Assembly (NCBI GenBank): GCA_038889235.1
Contig: JAWAHN010000002.1
Span: 344,356-376,355, forward strand
Origin: Candidatus Jordarchaeales archaeon
Lineage (GTDB): Archaea > Asgardarchaeota > Jordiarchaeia > Jordiarchaeales > Freyrarchaeaceae
Direction of reading: 5' to 3'
DNA length: 32,000 nt
Positions 17,379 to 25,843 of this stretch are shown piece by piece. How positions within the stretch are numbered: position 1 is the first letter of the stretch; the number at the start of each line of letters is the position of its first letter. Position numbers and translations under genes: made by a program. Below the pieces are notes generated by a model. That model did no database searches. It saw only the letters and a list, made by a program, of their open reading frames with translations, and was not told where the DNA came from.

Positions 17379-18280
17379 AGGTCGCTATCCTTGGCGGCAC
17401 GGGACGCATGGGAGCTTGGTTTGCAAGGTACTTTAAGAGAAAAGGGTGCGATGTTGTAATCTGGGCTAGGACCATCGAAAACCTTGTTAAGGTGGCTGAA
17501 GAAATCGGAGTGAGCTACGCTCTAAGTGCCGAAGAGGCTGTTAAAGACGCTGACCTGGTTCTTGTATCCGTGCCAATAAGCGCGGTTCCAGAAGTTGTTA
17601 AGAAAATTTCACCGCATGTTAAAAGGGGAGCCATAGTATTTGACGTAGCTTCAGTCAAAGGGAAAATACCTGAAGTTCTAAGGGAGGAGGGGGTGGCACA
17701 CGGCTACAAGGCTGCAAGCCTGCATCCCATGTTTGGCCCTGGAGCCAAGGGAATCGAGGGAAACAAAATCGTGGTAATACCTTTAGAAGGGTTTGAAGAG
17801 ACCGCGAAGTGGCTAGCAGACTACTTCGCCGAAGAAGGCGCTGAAATAATCTTTTCGGACGCTGAAACCCATGATAGGATAGTGGCTTTAACCCTAGCGC
17901 TCCCTCACTTCGTCAACATATTCTTCGCGCTTCTACTTTCCGATTTAAACGTAAACCCCGAGGAGCTCAGAAAGTTTTCGGGAACAACGTTCAGCGTTCA
18001 GTTCACCTTATCAGAGAGCGTCTTACAGGAGAACCCAAACGTTTATGCGGAAATCCAGATGGAAAATGAGAAATTCAAGCACGTTCTTGAAAGAGGGAAA
18101 GCAATTTTCGAAGCCCTATCCCAAGTGGTGTACTCTGGCAACAAAGAAAAGTTCACAGAGCTATTTTCCAAGGCACGCGAGTGGACGCAAGGCGACAGAG
18201 AAAGCAGAGAAGCATACAGGAAAATGTACCAGATAATTGAGGCCCTCAGGAAAGGAGGCAGACAAGGACAGTCAGCATGA
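17375..18280 (+). CDS. tyrA: Prephenate/arogenate dehydrogenase
   Basis: KVAILGGTGRMG Rossmann motif, DVASVK, HPMFGP and HDRIVALTLALPH. TTG 17375 overlaps the CM stop (TTGA) after a GGGAGG RBS (ORF track 17309). Confidence 0.93.
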   Translation: MKVAILGGTGRMGAWFARYFKRKGCDVVIWARTIENLVKVAEEIGVSYALSAEEAVKDADLVLVSVPISAVPEVVKKISPHVKRGAIVFDVASVKGKIPEVLREEGVAHGYKAASLHPMFGPGAKGIEGNKIVVIPLEGFEETAKWLADYFAEEGAEIIFSDAETHDRIVALTLALPHFVNIFFALLLSDLNVNPEELRKFSGTTFSVQFTLSESVLQENPNVYAEIQMENEKFKHVLERGKAIFEALSQVVYSGNKEKFTELFSKAREWTQGDRESREAYRKMYQIIEALRKGGRQGQSA

Positions 18281-18382
18281 AAAGTAGTGTTACACGTGGT
18301 GCTAGCTTCACCATGGAAAGTTACCCCTGAAACGTCAAACTCAAATAGACGAAGAACACCTACCCCCAGCAGGTGAAACTAA

Positions 18383-18568
18383 ATGAAAGGCAAAAGCTTA
18401 GTTGTACTTGAAACCTTCCACTCAGAAGTAAAAAGCGAGTACACCTGCTACCTCTGCGGGAAAGAAACGTTTGAGTTCTGCGATGAGTGCGGACAACCCG
18501 TTTGCAGTGACCACCTAGCTAGATGCGAGTACTGTAAAAAGAAAATATGCCCCAGTTGTGATTACTAA
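18383..18568 (+). CDS. 61-aa Cys-rich zinc-finger microprotein (AN1/B-box-like spacing)
   Basis: C-x2-C-x7-C-x2-C-x4-C-x2-H-x3-C-x2-C-x4-C-x2-C (9 Cys, 1 His); AGGTGA RBS 6 nt before the ATG; fills the gap between tyrA and glnA. Confidence 0.7.
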   Translation: MKGKSLVVLETFHSEVKSEYTCYLCGKETFEFCDECGQPVCSDHLARCEYCKKKICPSCDY

Positions 18569-18645
18569 AATCGAAAAGTTGAAAAATAAGCCCTCCTCAA
18601 AATAATTAAATAATTTTAAATTGAACAAGCATATTTTTAACGTAG

Positions 18646-19992
18646 TTACAGAATTGGAAGGTACTTCTTTATCTCCCAATCGGTGACCGCTGTTCTGAAT
18701 TCTTCCCACTCTCTTCTCTTGGCCTCAAGGTATTTTGTGTAGATGTGTTCCCCGAGTGCTTCTTTTAGCAGCTTGCTCTTAGAAGCGTATTCTATGGCTT
18801 CCCCTAGGGATCCTGGGAGCGTGTCTATGTAGAGCTCTTTGAGCTTTGCGTCATCGAAGTGGTATATGTCCTCTTCGATTGGTTCAGGCGGTTCTATCTT
18901 GTGCTTTATTCCCTCGAGAGCCGCCTTGAGCATCACCGAAAAAGCTAGGTAAGGATTGCATGACGGGTCGGGGCACCTCAGCTCAGCTCTCATAGACTTC
19001 TCTCTTCCCACGAAGTACTCCGGTATGCGTATTAGAGCCGACCTATTTCGCCTGGCCCAGCTAATGTAGACGGGCGCCTCATATCCGGGGACAAGTCTTT
19101 TATAAGAGTTAACTGTCGGAGCCAGGACTACGATGATCTCTTTTATGTACTTAAGTTGTCCTCCTATGAAGTAGTACGCTATGTCGGAAAGATTATACTT
19201 ATCCTTCGGGTCAAAGAAGATGTTTCTCCCGTCTCTCCACAAGCTTTGGTGAACGTGCATGCCTGACCCATTCATGCCGAAGAACGGTTTAGGCATGAAA
19301 GATGCGAACAGCCCGTGCCTCTTCGCAACAGATTTCACTACAAACTTGTATATCATCACGGCATCAGCTATGGTCAAAGCGTCTCCATACCTAAAGTCTA
19401 TCTCGTGCTGTCCAGGTGAAACCTCATGGTGCCCCATTTCAACCTCGATGCCCATCTCCTGCAGCGCCTGCATCGCCTCAGCCCTAACGTTGAACGCTAA
19501 GTCTAATGGTGCTAAGTCAAAGTAGCCTCCGTGATCTTGCGGCTCGAGAACCACCCCATTCTCAGCCCTGAAGAGGAAGAACTCCAGCTCGGGGCCAACA
19601 CAATAGGAGAAGCCCATCTTCTCCGCTTCTTCAAGATTCTTCTTGAGAACATACCTTGGATCCCCATCAAACGGTTTCCCTTCAGGCCTATAAACGTCAC
19701 AAAAGATGAGGGCCACTTTCTTGTCCATTGTTATCCTTGGAAGTATGCGGAGCGAAGTCGGGTCTGGGATGAGACGCATATCGCTTTCGTAAATCCTGAC
19801 AAAGCCCTCTATAGATGAGCCATCAAATCCTATGCCTTCATTTAGCGCGTCCTCAAACTTTTTCACGGGAATGGTGCAGGTCTTCGGCGTCCCCATTATG
19901 TCAACAAACTTGAGGAGAACTAAGTCGACGTCTTTTTCACGCACGATCCTAAGCGCCTTTTCCTTAGCTTCTTCTAGAACGTCACTCTTCAA
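18646..19992 (-). CDS. glnA: Glutamine synthetase type I
   Basis: FDGSSIEG, GPELEFFLF, HHEVSPGQHEIDF, FMPKP, NGSGMHVHQSL, NSYKRLVPGYEAP, NRSALIRIP and ELRCPDPSCNPYL. Confidence 0.98.
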   Translation of the reverse strand: MKSDVLEEAKEKALRIVREKDVDLVLLKFVDIMGTPKTCTIPVKKFEDALNEGIGFDGSSIEGFVRIYESDMRLIPDPTSLRILPRITMDKKVALIFCDVYRPEGKPFDGDPRYVLKKNLEEAEKMGFSYCVGPELEFFLFRAENGVVLEPQDHGGYFDLAPLDLAFNVRAEAMQALQEMGIEVEMGHHEVSPGQHEIDFRYGDALTIADAVMIYKFVVKSVAKRHGLFASFMPKPFFGMNGSGMHVHQSLWRDGRNIFFDPKDKYNLSDIAYYFIGGQLKYIKEIIVVLAPTVNSYKRLVPGYEAPVYISWARRNRSALIRIPEYFVGREKSMRAELRCPDPSCNPYLAFSVMLKAALEGIKHKIEPPEPIEEDIYHFDDAKLKELYIDTLPGSLGEAIEYASKSKLLKEALGEHIYTKYLEAKRREWEEFRTAVTDWEIKKYLPIL

Positions 19993-20096
19993 CGGCCATT
20001 CACCTTCAAACTTTTTACACGCATAACTTTACTCAAGACAGATATATTGTTTTTCTCTTTGGAATACTTCATTTGTCATCATTTTCCATGTTTAAA

Positions 20097-20153
20097 TGAA
20101 CTTTTGTTCAACAATTTATAAGCAAAGTGTTTGTTTGTTTTAACAAATGTTCA
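20097..20153. promoter_or_regulatory. Two palindromic operator-like sites flanking the probable glnA TATA box
   Basis: TGAAC-TTTT-GTTCA (20097-20110, perfect 5-4-5) and TTAAC-AAAT-GTTCA (20140-20153), on either side of minus-strand TTATAAAT (20121-20114). Confidence 0.6.
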
Positions 20154-20262
20154 TTAGTGTATTGAGAAGGTGATCTGCCGCTCATTTTTTACAATTCCAT
20201 GTCTACTATGCCTTGCTCACCCTGACAACCACACGTGGACTTATTTTGCCCTCCCACCTTTG

Positions 20263-20276
20263 TGAACATTTGTATC
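20263..20276. promoter_or_regulatory. Third related site upstream of the lrp promoter
   Basis: TGAACATTTGTATC shares 11 bp (TGAACATTTGT) with the reverse complement of the 20140-20153 site; a CGAAAA-CATTTATC BRE/TATA-like element follows at 20292-20305. Confidence 0.45.
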
Positions 20277-20341
20277 ATTCTGGTGTCATTTCGAAAACAT
20301 TTATCTCGAAAGTATCGATAGGGTTTCACGGGTGACCTAGC

Positions 20342-20785
20342 TTGACCCTGGATGAGATTGACCGCAAAATACTAGCCGAGTACCTGGAGGATGCCAGGCG
20401 CTCTTCCCGCGAAATAGCAAGGAAAATTGGCGTCTCTACGACGACAGTGATAACTAGAACCAAGAAGATGGAAAAAGAGGGGATAATAAAGGGCTACACG
20501 GTCATGCTAGACCACGAAAAGCTTGGGTACGACATAACTGCGGTGACCGAGATCATAGTTTCCAAGGGGAAACTCGTGGAGGTGGAGAAAGAGGTAGCGA
20601 AAATACCTTCCACGTGCGTAGTTTACGACGTTACGGGCGAAGTTGACTGCATAGTTATAGCCAAGTTTAAGAGCAGGAGAGAGTTAAGCGAGTACACTAA
20701 GCGGCTTCTCTCAATACCTTACGTCGAGAGAACGAACACCCACGTAGTGCTAACTGTGGTCAAAGAGGACTTCAGGCTCATATAG
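20342..20785 (+). CDS. Lrp/AsnC-family transcriptional regulator
   Basis: LDEIDRKIL...DAR.S.REIA...G.S.TT...R.K.ME.EGIIKGY HTH and RAM domain VYDVTGEVD. Confidence 0.95.
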   Translation: MTLDEIDRKILAEYLEDARRSSREIARKIGVSTTTVITRTKKMEKEGIIKGYTVMLDHEKLGYDITAVTEIIVSKGKLVEVEKEVAKIPSTCVVYDVTGEVDCIVIAKFKSRRELSEYTKRLLSIPYVERTNTHVVLTVVKEDFRLI

Positions 20786-20863
20786 CCGCGCCAGCTAGAG
20801 TTTCGAGAGTTAAAACTATTTTTGACGGGAGCTTCCGGAACATCTCCCGGTTTTTCGCCACAC

Positions 20864-22906
20864 CTACTTATTCAGAATTATTAAGTCTCCCTCTCTCCTA
20901 ATCATTCCAGCCCTCTCAAGCCAGGCGATAGTTGCCTTAAGCTCCGCTGGCGTTATGCCGGTCGCCTTCTGGAGGCTGTCAAACGCTATCTTCTTTATAG
21001 ACTCTATTATGAAGTACACCTTAAACCTTGGGTCCAGCATCATCGCTCCCTTGTACTTCTCCACCTGTTCTTCCTTCTTCTTCTTTTCCAACTCAAGCTC
21101 CTCTTTTATCTTCTCAAGTTCCTTGACTTTCGTCTCAAGCTCCTTAACCTTAGCATTTATTTCACTCTCCGTCTCTGTTATGGCTTTCTCCAGCAGCTTA
21201 ACAGTCCTTCGCATCCCCTCAAGTTCCTCCTCCTTAAGCATCAGCGCCCTTTCCTTTTCAGCTAGGACTTCAGGGCTCACGCTGGGCCTACTTCTAAGCT
21301 CCTCGACCTCCTTGCGAAGGGAACTTACCTCTTTCTCAAGCTCCGCCACGAGGCTTTTGTGAAACTCGAGCTCCTCTTTCTTGACTTCTAAGTCCTTCGT
21401 TCTGTCCTCAACAATGGAGCGGAGGCGCTCAATTTCCCTCTCCTTAAGCTTAAGCCTGCTCTCCCCAGCCGCAATTAGGCTGTCTCTTTCCCTAAGCATC
21501 TCTTCCAAAGTCCTTATTTGTTCGTTAAAAGCCATTATCTCCCTCTGAGCCCCCTCAAGCTGTCCCTCGAGCTCAGCCACACGCATACGCTCCCTTTCAA
21601 GTCTCTCACGCAGAGCCACGAACTCCTCACGTGCCAAGTTAAGCTCTTTTTTCACGCTTTCCAGCTCAGCCTTCTTCATCTCCAATTCCTGCTCCCTTTC
21701 GCTGAGCTCCCTCCTCTTCTCCTCGAGCAACCTAGTCGCTTCCTGCAGAGCTCGCTCTTGCTCAGCAAGTTTCCGAGTCGCCTCTTGTAGTGCTCGCTCC
21801 CGCTCCTCGAGCAGCCTAGTCGCCTCTTGTAGTGCTCGCTCTCGCTCGGCAAGCTTCTGGGTCGCCTCCTCTATTCTCGCCTTAGCCTCAGCCTCCTCTC
21901 TTCTCAATTGCTCCATTTCCCTCTTGGCGGCTTCTAGCTCGGCTGTCAATTTAACTGACCGCTCTTGCTCCTCCCTAAGCCGTGCCAGGGTGACTTCGTA
22001 CTCGAGTTTAGCTCTTTCAAGCTCTTCCTCGATTTTCTTGAGCGCCTGCTCCCGCTCCCTCAGAACTTTCTCCCTTTCTTTAAGCTGCACGCTGCTCTCT
22101 TCAAGCAGCTTCTCGAGGTTTTCTCTCTCCGTGTTTAGGATTTGAATGCGCTTCTTCATGTCCTCCTCTTCTGCTTTCAGGCGTGCTACCTCTTTCCGCG
22201 AGTCTTCGAGCATTCTCAGAAGGTACTCAGACCTCTCCCTTTCCCTTTCAAGCTTCTGCGTCAAACCCTGAAGCTCACCCCTCGCCTTTTCGACTTCGAC
22301 ACGCTTATCTTCAAGCTCTCTCTTCAGAAGATCGAGCTCCCTCCTCTTCTCCTCGAGCTCCCGCTCCCTTTGCTTCAGCGCTTCGCTGCTCTCCCTAACC
22401 AGCTGCTCTCTCTTCCTGACTTCCTCGTCGAGCCTCGAAATTTCTTCGATGAGCCTTGCCTCCTCCTTGTTTAGGACTTCAATGAATTCTTTCGCAAAAC
22501 GTGAAAGCGCCTCCCTAAAAGCTTCAAGCTCAACCTCGGTTGCCGACATAATCTCGTGCATCGTGTTACGGGCTATCTCGTCAACGACCCCGGAAACTGC
22601 CTCCACGAAGACGTTCTTTATAAGTTCAGAAGCAAAGTGCATTTTAATTCTAGATACGACCTCCCTACTCACGTCCTCCCTCATGTCGAGAATTCTCTTC
22701 TTAAGCATCTCAAGGCTCTTAGAAACGGCGGAGTCAAGCCCAGACCTCACGTTCTCAACTATAGCCCCAAGCGCCTTAACGTTCTTCTCCACAAAGTCAG
22801 GGGAAAGCAAAGAAATACCTGCGCCCCTAGTTTCGTCAACCAACAGAGCAACCCCCTTTTCCCTGATAAAGTATAAATGAAAGGTTGCACTAATAACCTC
22901 TTTCAT
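20864..22906 (-). CDS. Long coiled-coil protein with internal tandem repeats and a C-terminal winged-helix-like domain; no ATPase motifs
   Basis: About 480 aa of continuous E/K/R/L heptads; C-terminal DPRFKVYFII...SLQKATGITPAELKATIAWLERAGMIRREGDLI fits the wHTH pattern. True start may be TTG 22843. Confidence 0.8.
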   Translation of the reverse strand: MKEVISATFHLYFIREKGVALLVDETRGAGISLLSPDFVEKNVKALGAIVENVRSGLDSAVSKSLEMLKKRILDMREDVSREVVSRIKMHFASELIKNVFVEAVSGVVDEIARNTMHEIMSATEVELEAFREALSRFAKEFIEVLNKEEARLIEEISRLDEEVRKREQLVRESSEALKQRERELEEKRRELDLLKRELEDKRVEVEKARGELQGLTQKLERERERSEYLLRMLEDSRKEVARLKAEEEDMKKRIQILNTERENLEKLLEESSVQLKEREKVLREREQALKKIEEELERAKLEYEVTLARLREEQERSVKLTAELEAAKREMEQLRREEAEAKARIEEATQKLAERERALQEATRLLEERERALQEATRKLAEQERALQEATRLLEEKRRELSEREQELEMKKAELESVKKELNLAREEFVALRERLERERMRVAELEGQLEGAQREIMAFNEQIRTLEEMLRERDSLIAAGESRLKLKEREIERLRSIVEDRTKDLEVKKEELEFHKSLVAELEKEVSSLRKEVEELRSRPSVSPEVLAEKERALMLKEEELEGMRRTVKLLEKAITETESEINAKVKELETKVKELEKIKEELELEKKKKEEQVEKYKGAMMLDPRFKVYFIIESIKKIAFDSLQKATGITPAELKATIAWLERAGMIRREGDLIILNK
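21719..21870 (-). repeat. In-frame 42-bp (14-aa) tandem repeat, about 3.5 copies
   Basis: AGTCGCCTCTTGTAGTGCTCGCTC is identical at 21776-21799 and 21818-21841; CTCCTCGAGCA(A/G)CCTAGTCGC recurs 84 bp apart. Encodes ERERALQEATRLLE / ERERALQEATRKLA / EQERALQEATRLLE. Confidence 0.9.
22864..22878. promoter_or_regulatory. Probable bidirectional TATA element shared by the coiled-coil gene and rbsK
   Basis: GATAAAGTATAAAT gives TATAAA on plus and TTTATA on minus, with suitable spacing to the rbsK RBS (22911) and to TTG 22843. Confidence 0.5.
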
Positions 22907-22920
22907 CGAAGGGAGGTCCT

Positions 22921-23847
22921 ATGGCTGGGCTGGTAGTTGTCGTAGGAAGCAGCCACGTGGACTTCACCATCCTCCTCGACAGAATACCTCGAGTAGGAGA
23001 AACGGTCATAGGCAAAGAGTTTAGGCTATCCCCGGGAGGTAAGGGTGCCAACCAGGCCGTTGCAGCAGCGCGTCTAGGCGCTAAAGTTTACATGGTTAGC
23101 AGAGTGGGGCGGGACCACTTTGGAAGAATGCTACTTGAAAACTTTAAGCTGAACGGTGTACGCACAGACTTCGTCTTTGAAGACCCGGAAGCCCACACAG
23201 GTGTCGCCTTCATATTGGTCGATTTGGATGGAAGGAACACCATAGCAGTCGCCCCGGGCGCGGATCTAAAAGTCTCGAAAGAAGACGTCGAAAAAGCGAG
23301 TGAAGTCATAAAACGTGCCGATGTGGTGCTTCTTCAACTCGAAATACCTCTGGAAACAGTGGCTTACACCGTCGAGAAGGCATGGGAAGTTGGAGCGCGT
23401 GTTGTGCTGACACCAGCGCCGGCGCGTCCAATCCCGGATAGTGTTCTGGGCAAGGTGGATGTGTTAACGCCAAACGAAGTTGAAGCTGAAATGCTGACAG
23501 GCATTAAGGTACAGGATCTCAGCGATGCAGCGGCTGCGGGGAGAAAGTTGCTCGAAAAAGGAGTGAGGGCGGTTGTAGTCACACTCGGAGACAAAGGCGC
23601 CCTCCTAGTTGACAAGGAAGGAGAGTTTCATGTTCCAGCGCTGCCCGTCAAACCCGTTGATACGACTGGGGCAGGCGACTGTTTCAGCGGAGCCCTAGGT
23701 GTCGCTCTAGCCGAGGGGTTAAGCATGAGGGAAGCAGTTTTCTTTGCTAACGCTGCAGCAGGTTTGTCTACGACGAGGATAGGGGCGCAGGAAGGAATGC
23801 CAACGAGAGAAGAAGTCGAACAAATAACGAGATCCAAGATAAGTTAA
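22921..23847 (+). CDS. rbsK: Ribokinase (PfkB family)
   Basis: GSSHVD, PGGKGANQAVAAARLG, LQLEIP, TPNEVE and DTTGAGDCF; GGGAGGT RBS. Confidence 0.93.
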   Translation: MAGLVVVVGSSHVDFTILLDRIPRVGETVIGKEFRLSPGGKGANQAVAAARLGAKVYMVSRVGRDHFGRMLLENFKLNGVRTDFVFEDPEAHTGVAFILVDLDGRNTIAVAPGADLKVSKEDVEKASEVIKRADVVLLQLEIPLETVAYTVEKAWEVGARVVLTPAPARPIPDSVLGKVDVLTPNEVEAEMLTGIKVQDLSDAAAAGRKLLEKGVRAVVVTLGDKGALLVDKEGEFHVPALPVKPVDTTGAGDCFSGALGVALAEGLSMREAVFFANAAAGLSTTRIGAQEGMPTREEVEQITRSKIS

Positions 23848-24128
23848 GAGCATTAGAGATCATGGAATGGAATTATAGTTAAAGACTAACTGCCATTGGC
23901 GTTAATTCTCTTATCGCGAGAGACCAGCCGAAACTTGTAAAGTTGAAAGTAAGTGATGCCGACAGTTGAAAGACTCCTTTCCTGTGGTGCTCAACTGTGC
24001 TTTTAACTGTATTTTTGTTTGATGGTTCATGACTTTCTAATAAGATCGGTTGGTTCTTATCTTGAATGGAAAGAGTGAAATGGAAGCTGCTTCTTTAAGC
24101 ATAATCGTAACGTCTGAAAGGAGGGCTT

Positions 24129-24632
24129 ATGTTGTCTTCAAGTAGAAAGGAGATGAAAAAGAAAGCTTTGCTCTTGTTCTATTCTAGAACCGGAAAGACG
24201 CGTAAAGTCGTGAGCGAAATCGGTAAAGCTCTCAGCGATAGGTATGAACTCGAAACGGTTGAGGTTAAGCCTAAGGTTAAGATAGGCTTCTTCAAGGGCG
24301 GAAGTATGGCGAAAAAAGGGGAAACGGTTGAAGTGGAGGAGCTGAAAGTTAACCCAGCGGACTACGATTTAATCGTTCTCGGGACTCCTGTTTGGAACGG
24401 GTGCCCGCCGCCGCCAATTAACACCGTGCTGAAGACTATTACCAACTTGTCTGGACGCAGGGTGGCCATAGTTGTGACATGTGCTTTCTTCGCTGGAGTT
24501 ACCGTAACTAGGATTGCTGAATGGGTTAAGTCAAGTAAGGGAGAAGTTGCTGGAAGCTTAGTTGTAAAAACCATGCTAGGTGTGAGAAGGAAAGCGCTCG
24601 AAAAAGCAAGGGAATTTGCGAAGTCCCTATAG
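24129..24632 (+). CDS. Flavodoxin-like protein
   Basis: YSRTGKT FMN-phosphate loop, YDLIVLGTPVW and GRRVAIVVT. Start may be ATG 24153. Confidence 0.85.
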   Translation: MLSSSRKEMKKKALLLFYSRTGKTRKVVSEIGKALSDRYELETVEVKPKVKIGFFKGGSMAKKGETVEVEELKVNPADYDLIVLGTPVWNGCPPPPINTVLKTITNLSGRRVAIVVTCAFFAGVTVTRIAEWVKSSKGEVAGSLVVKTMLGVRRKALEKAREFAKSL

Positions 24633-24722
24633 GTCTCCCATGGCCTCTCCACGCAAACTATATATCTCTTTCACTGATGAGTTAACAATAGTTAAGAATG
24701 CTTTCTGTTTCAGGTGGCCTAA

Positions 24723-25679
24723 ATGTTTAATCAAGTGTTTAGACGAAGAGTACGCAAGCTTCAGGAGGAAATTCTTAAGCTGAAAGAAAGAGAGAACGCA
24801 TTAATATTGGCTCACAACTACCAGGTTCCAGAAATTCAAGAGATAGCGGATGCTGTTGGAGATAGCCTCGAGCTCGCGATGATTGCCCGGAAAAGCAAGA
24901 ACGCAGACTTCATAGTTTTCTCGGCTGTCGATTTCATGGCTGAGACTGCCGCCATCCTTAACCCCGACAAGGAAGTTTACGTTCCAGATCCAACTGCTAG
25001 GTGTCCTATGGCATTAATGTGTCCACGAAAAGTTGTCGTCGAAGCCAAACGCTTGCACGACGGGGTTCCCGTGGTACTTTACGTTAACACGCTTGCTGAG
25101 GCGAAAGCTGAAGCAGACGTAATATGCACCTCGGCTAACGCTCCGACAATAGTGGAGAGGATGGGGGCAGAAGAAGTGCTTTTCGGCCCGGATAAAAACC
25201 TGGGTTTATATGTTGAGAAAAAGACTGGCGTTAAGATTTTCCCCGTCCCTGAAGACGGTTACTGTTATGTTCACGTGATGTTTAAACCACACCACATAAT
25301 CGAAATGAAGAAAAAGCACCCGGACGCGGTTGTTATGGTGCACCCTGAGTGCACACCTGAAGTTCAAAAAATTGCAGACTTCATAGGGTCAACCAGCCAG
25401 ATGTACAGGTATGCTAAGGAGTCGAACCATGAAAAGTTCATTGTGGGAACCGAAATCGGGCTTATCGACAGAATGCGGAGGGAAATAGAAGGAAAAGTGT
25501 TCATTCCAGCGCTGAAAAAAGCAGTATGCGAGGACATGAAGAAGAACAGCTTGGAAAAAATTAGGCGCGTGCTCCTAGAGAGGCCACGTAGAAACCTCAT
25601 AATAGTCCCAGAGGATATAGCTAATAAAGCAAGAAAAGGCATAGAGCGGATGTTTGCAATGATGGAAAAAGGAAAATGA
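24723..25679 (+). CDS. nadA: Quinolinate synthase A
   Basis: LILAHNYQ, FMAETAAILNP, CPMA, YVNT, CTSANA, CYVH, HPEC, GST and third Cys in AVCEDMK. Confidence 0.96.
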   Translation: MFNQVFRRRVRKLQEEILKLKERENALILAHNYQVPEIQEIADAVGDSLELAMIARKSKNADFIVFSAVDFMAETAAILNPDKEVYVPDPTARCPMALMCPRKVVVEAKRLHDGVPVVLYVNTLAEAKAEADVICTSANAPTIVERMGAEEVLFGPDKNLGLYVEKKTGVKIFPVPEDGYCYVHVMFKPHHIIEMKKKHPDAVVMVHPECTPEVQKIADFIGSTSQMYRYAKESNHEKFIVGTEIGLIDRMRREIEGKVFIPALKKAVCEDMKKNSLEKIRRVLLERPRRNLIIVPEDIANKARKGIERMFAMMEKGK

Positions 25680-25843
25680 CCTGTTAACAGCCTAGCGAAG
25701 CCTAAAAATCAGGCTCTGGCCTCCCGGGCGACTTAAACCTACATGAACGGCGAAAACCATGCTGGCAACCTCACGGCGACCCTAGATTTGAGGAGGATAA
25801 ATTAAAATTCTCGCTTCTTCTTTACTTGAAACTGGGAGCCTAT

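Noticed and set aside
20029-20082. Perfect C box (ATGATGA, minus strand) in the glnA leader as a C/D sRNA
   Set aside because: No CTGA D box at a suitable distance and no recognisable guide.
20864-22906. SMC/Rad50 or chemoreceptor assignment for the long coiled coil
   Set aside because: No Walker A/B, signature, hinge or Zn-hook motifs, and no TM or MCP signalling hairpin.
8571-23847. Nucleoside hydrolase plus ribokinase as a salvage operon
   Set aside because: Functionally compatible but more than 13 kb apart with unrelated genes in between.
23941-23972. AGTTGAAAG repeats resembling the 3' end of archaeal CRISPR repeats
   Set aside because: Only two 9-bp copies 23 bp apart; there are no full-length repeats or spacers and no cas genes.
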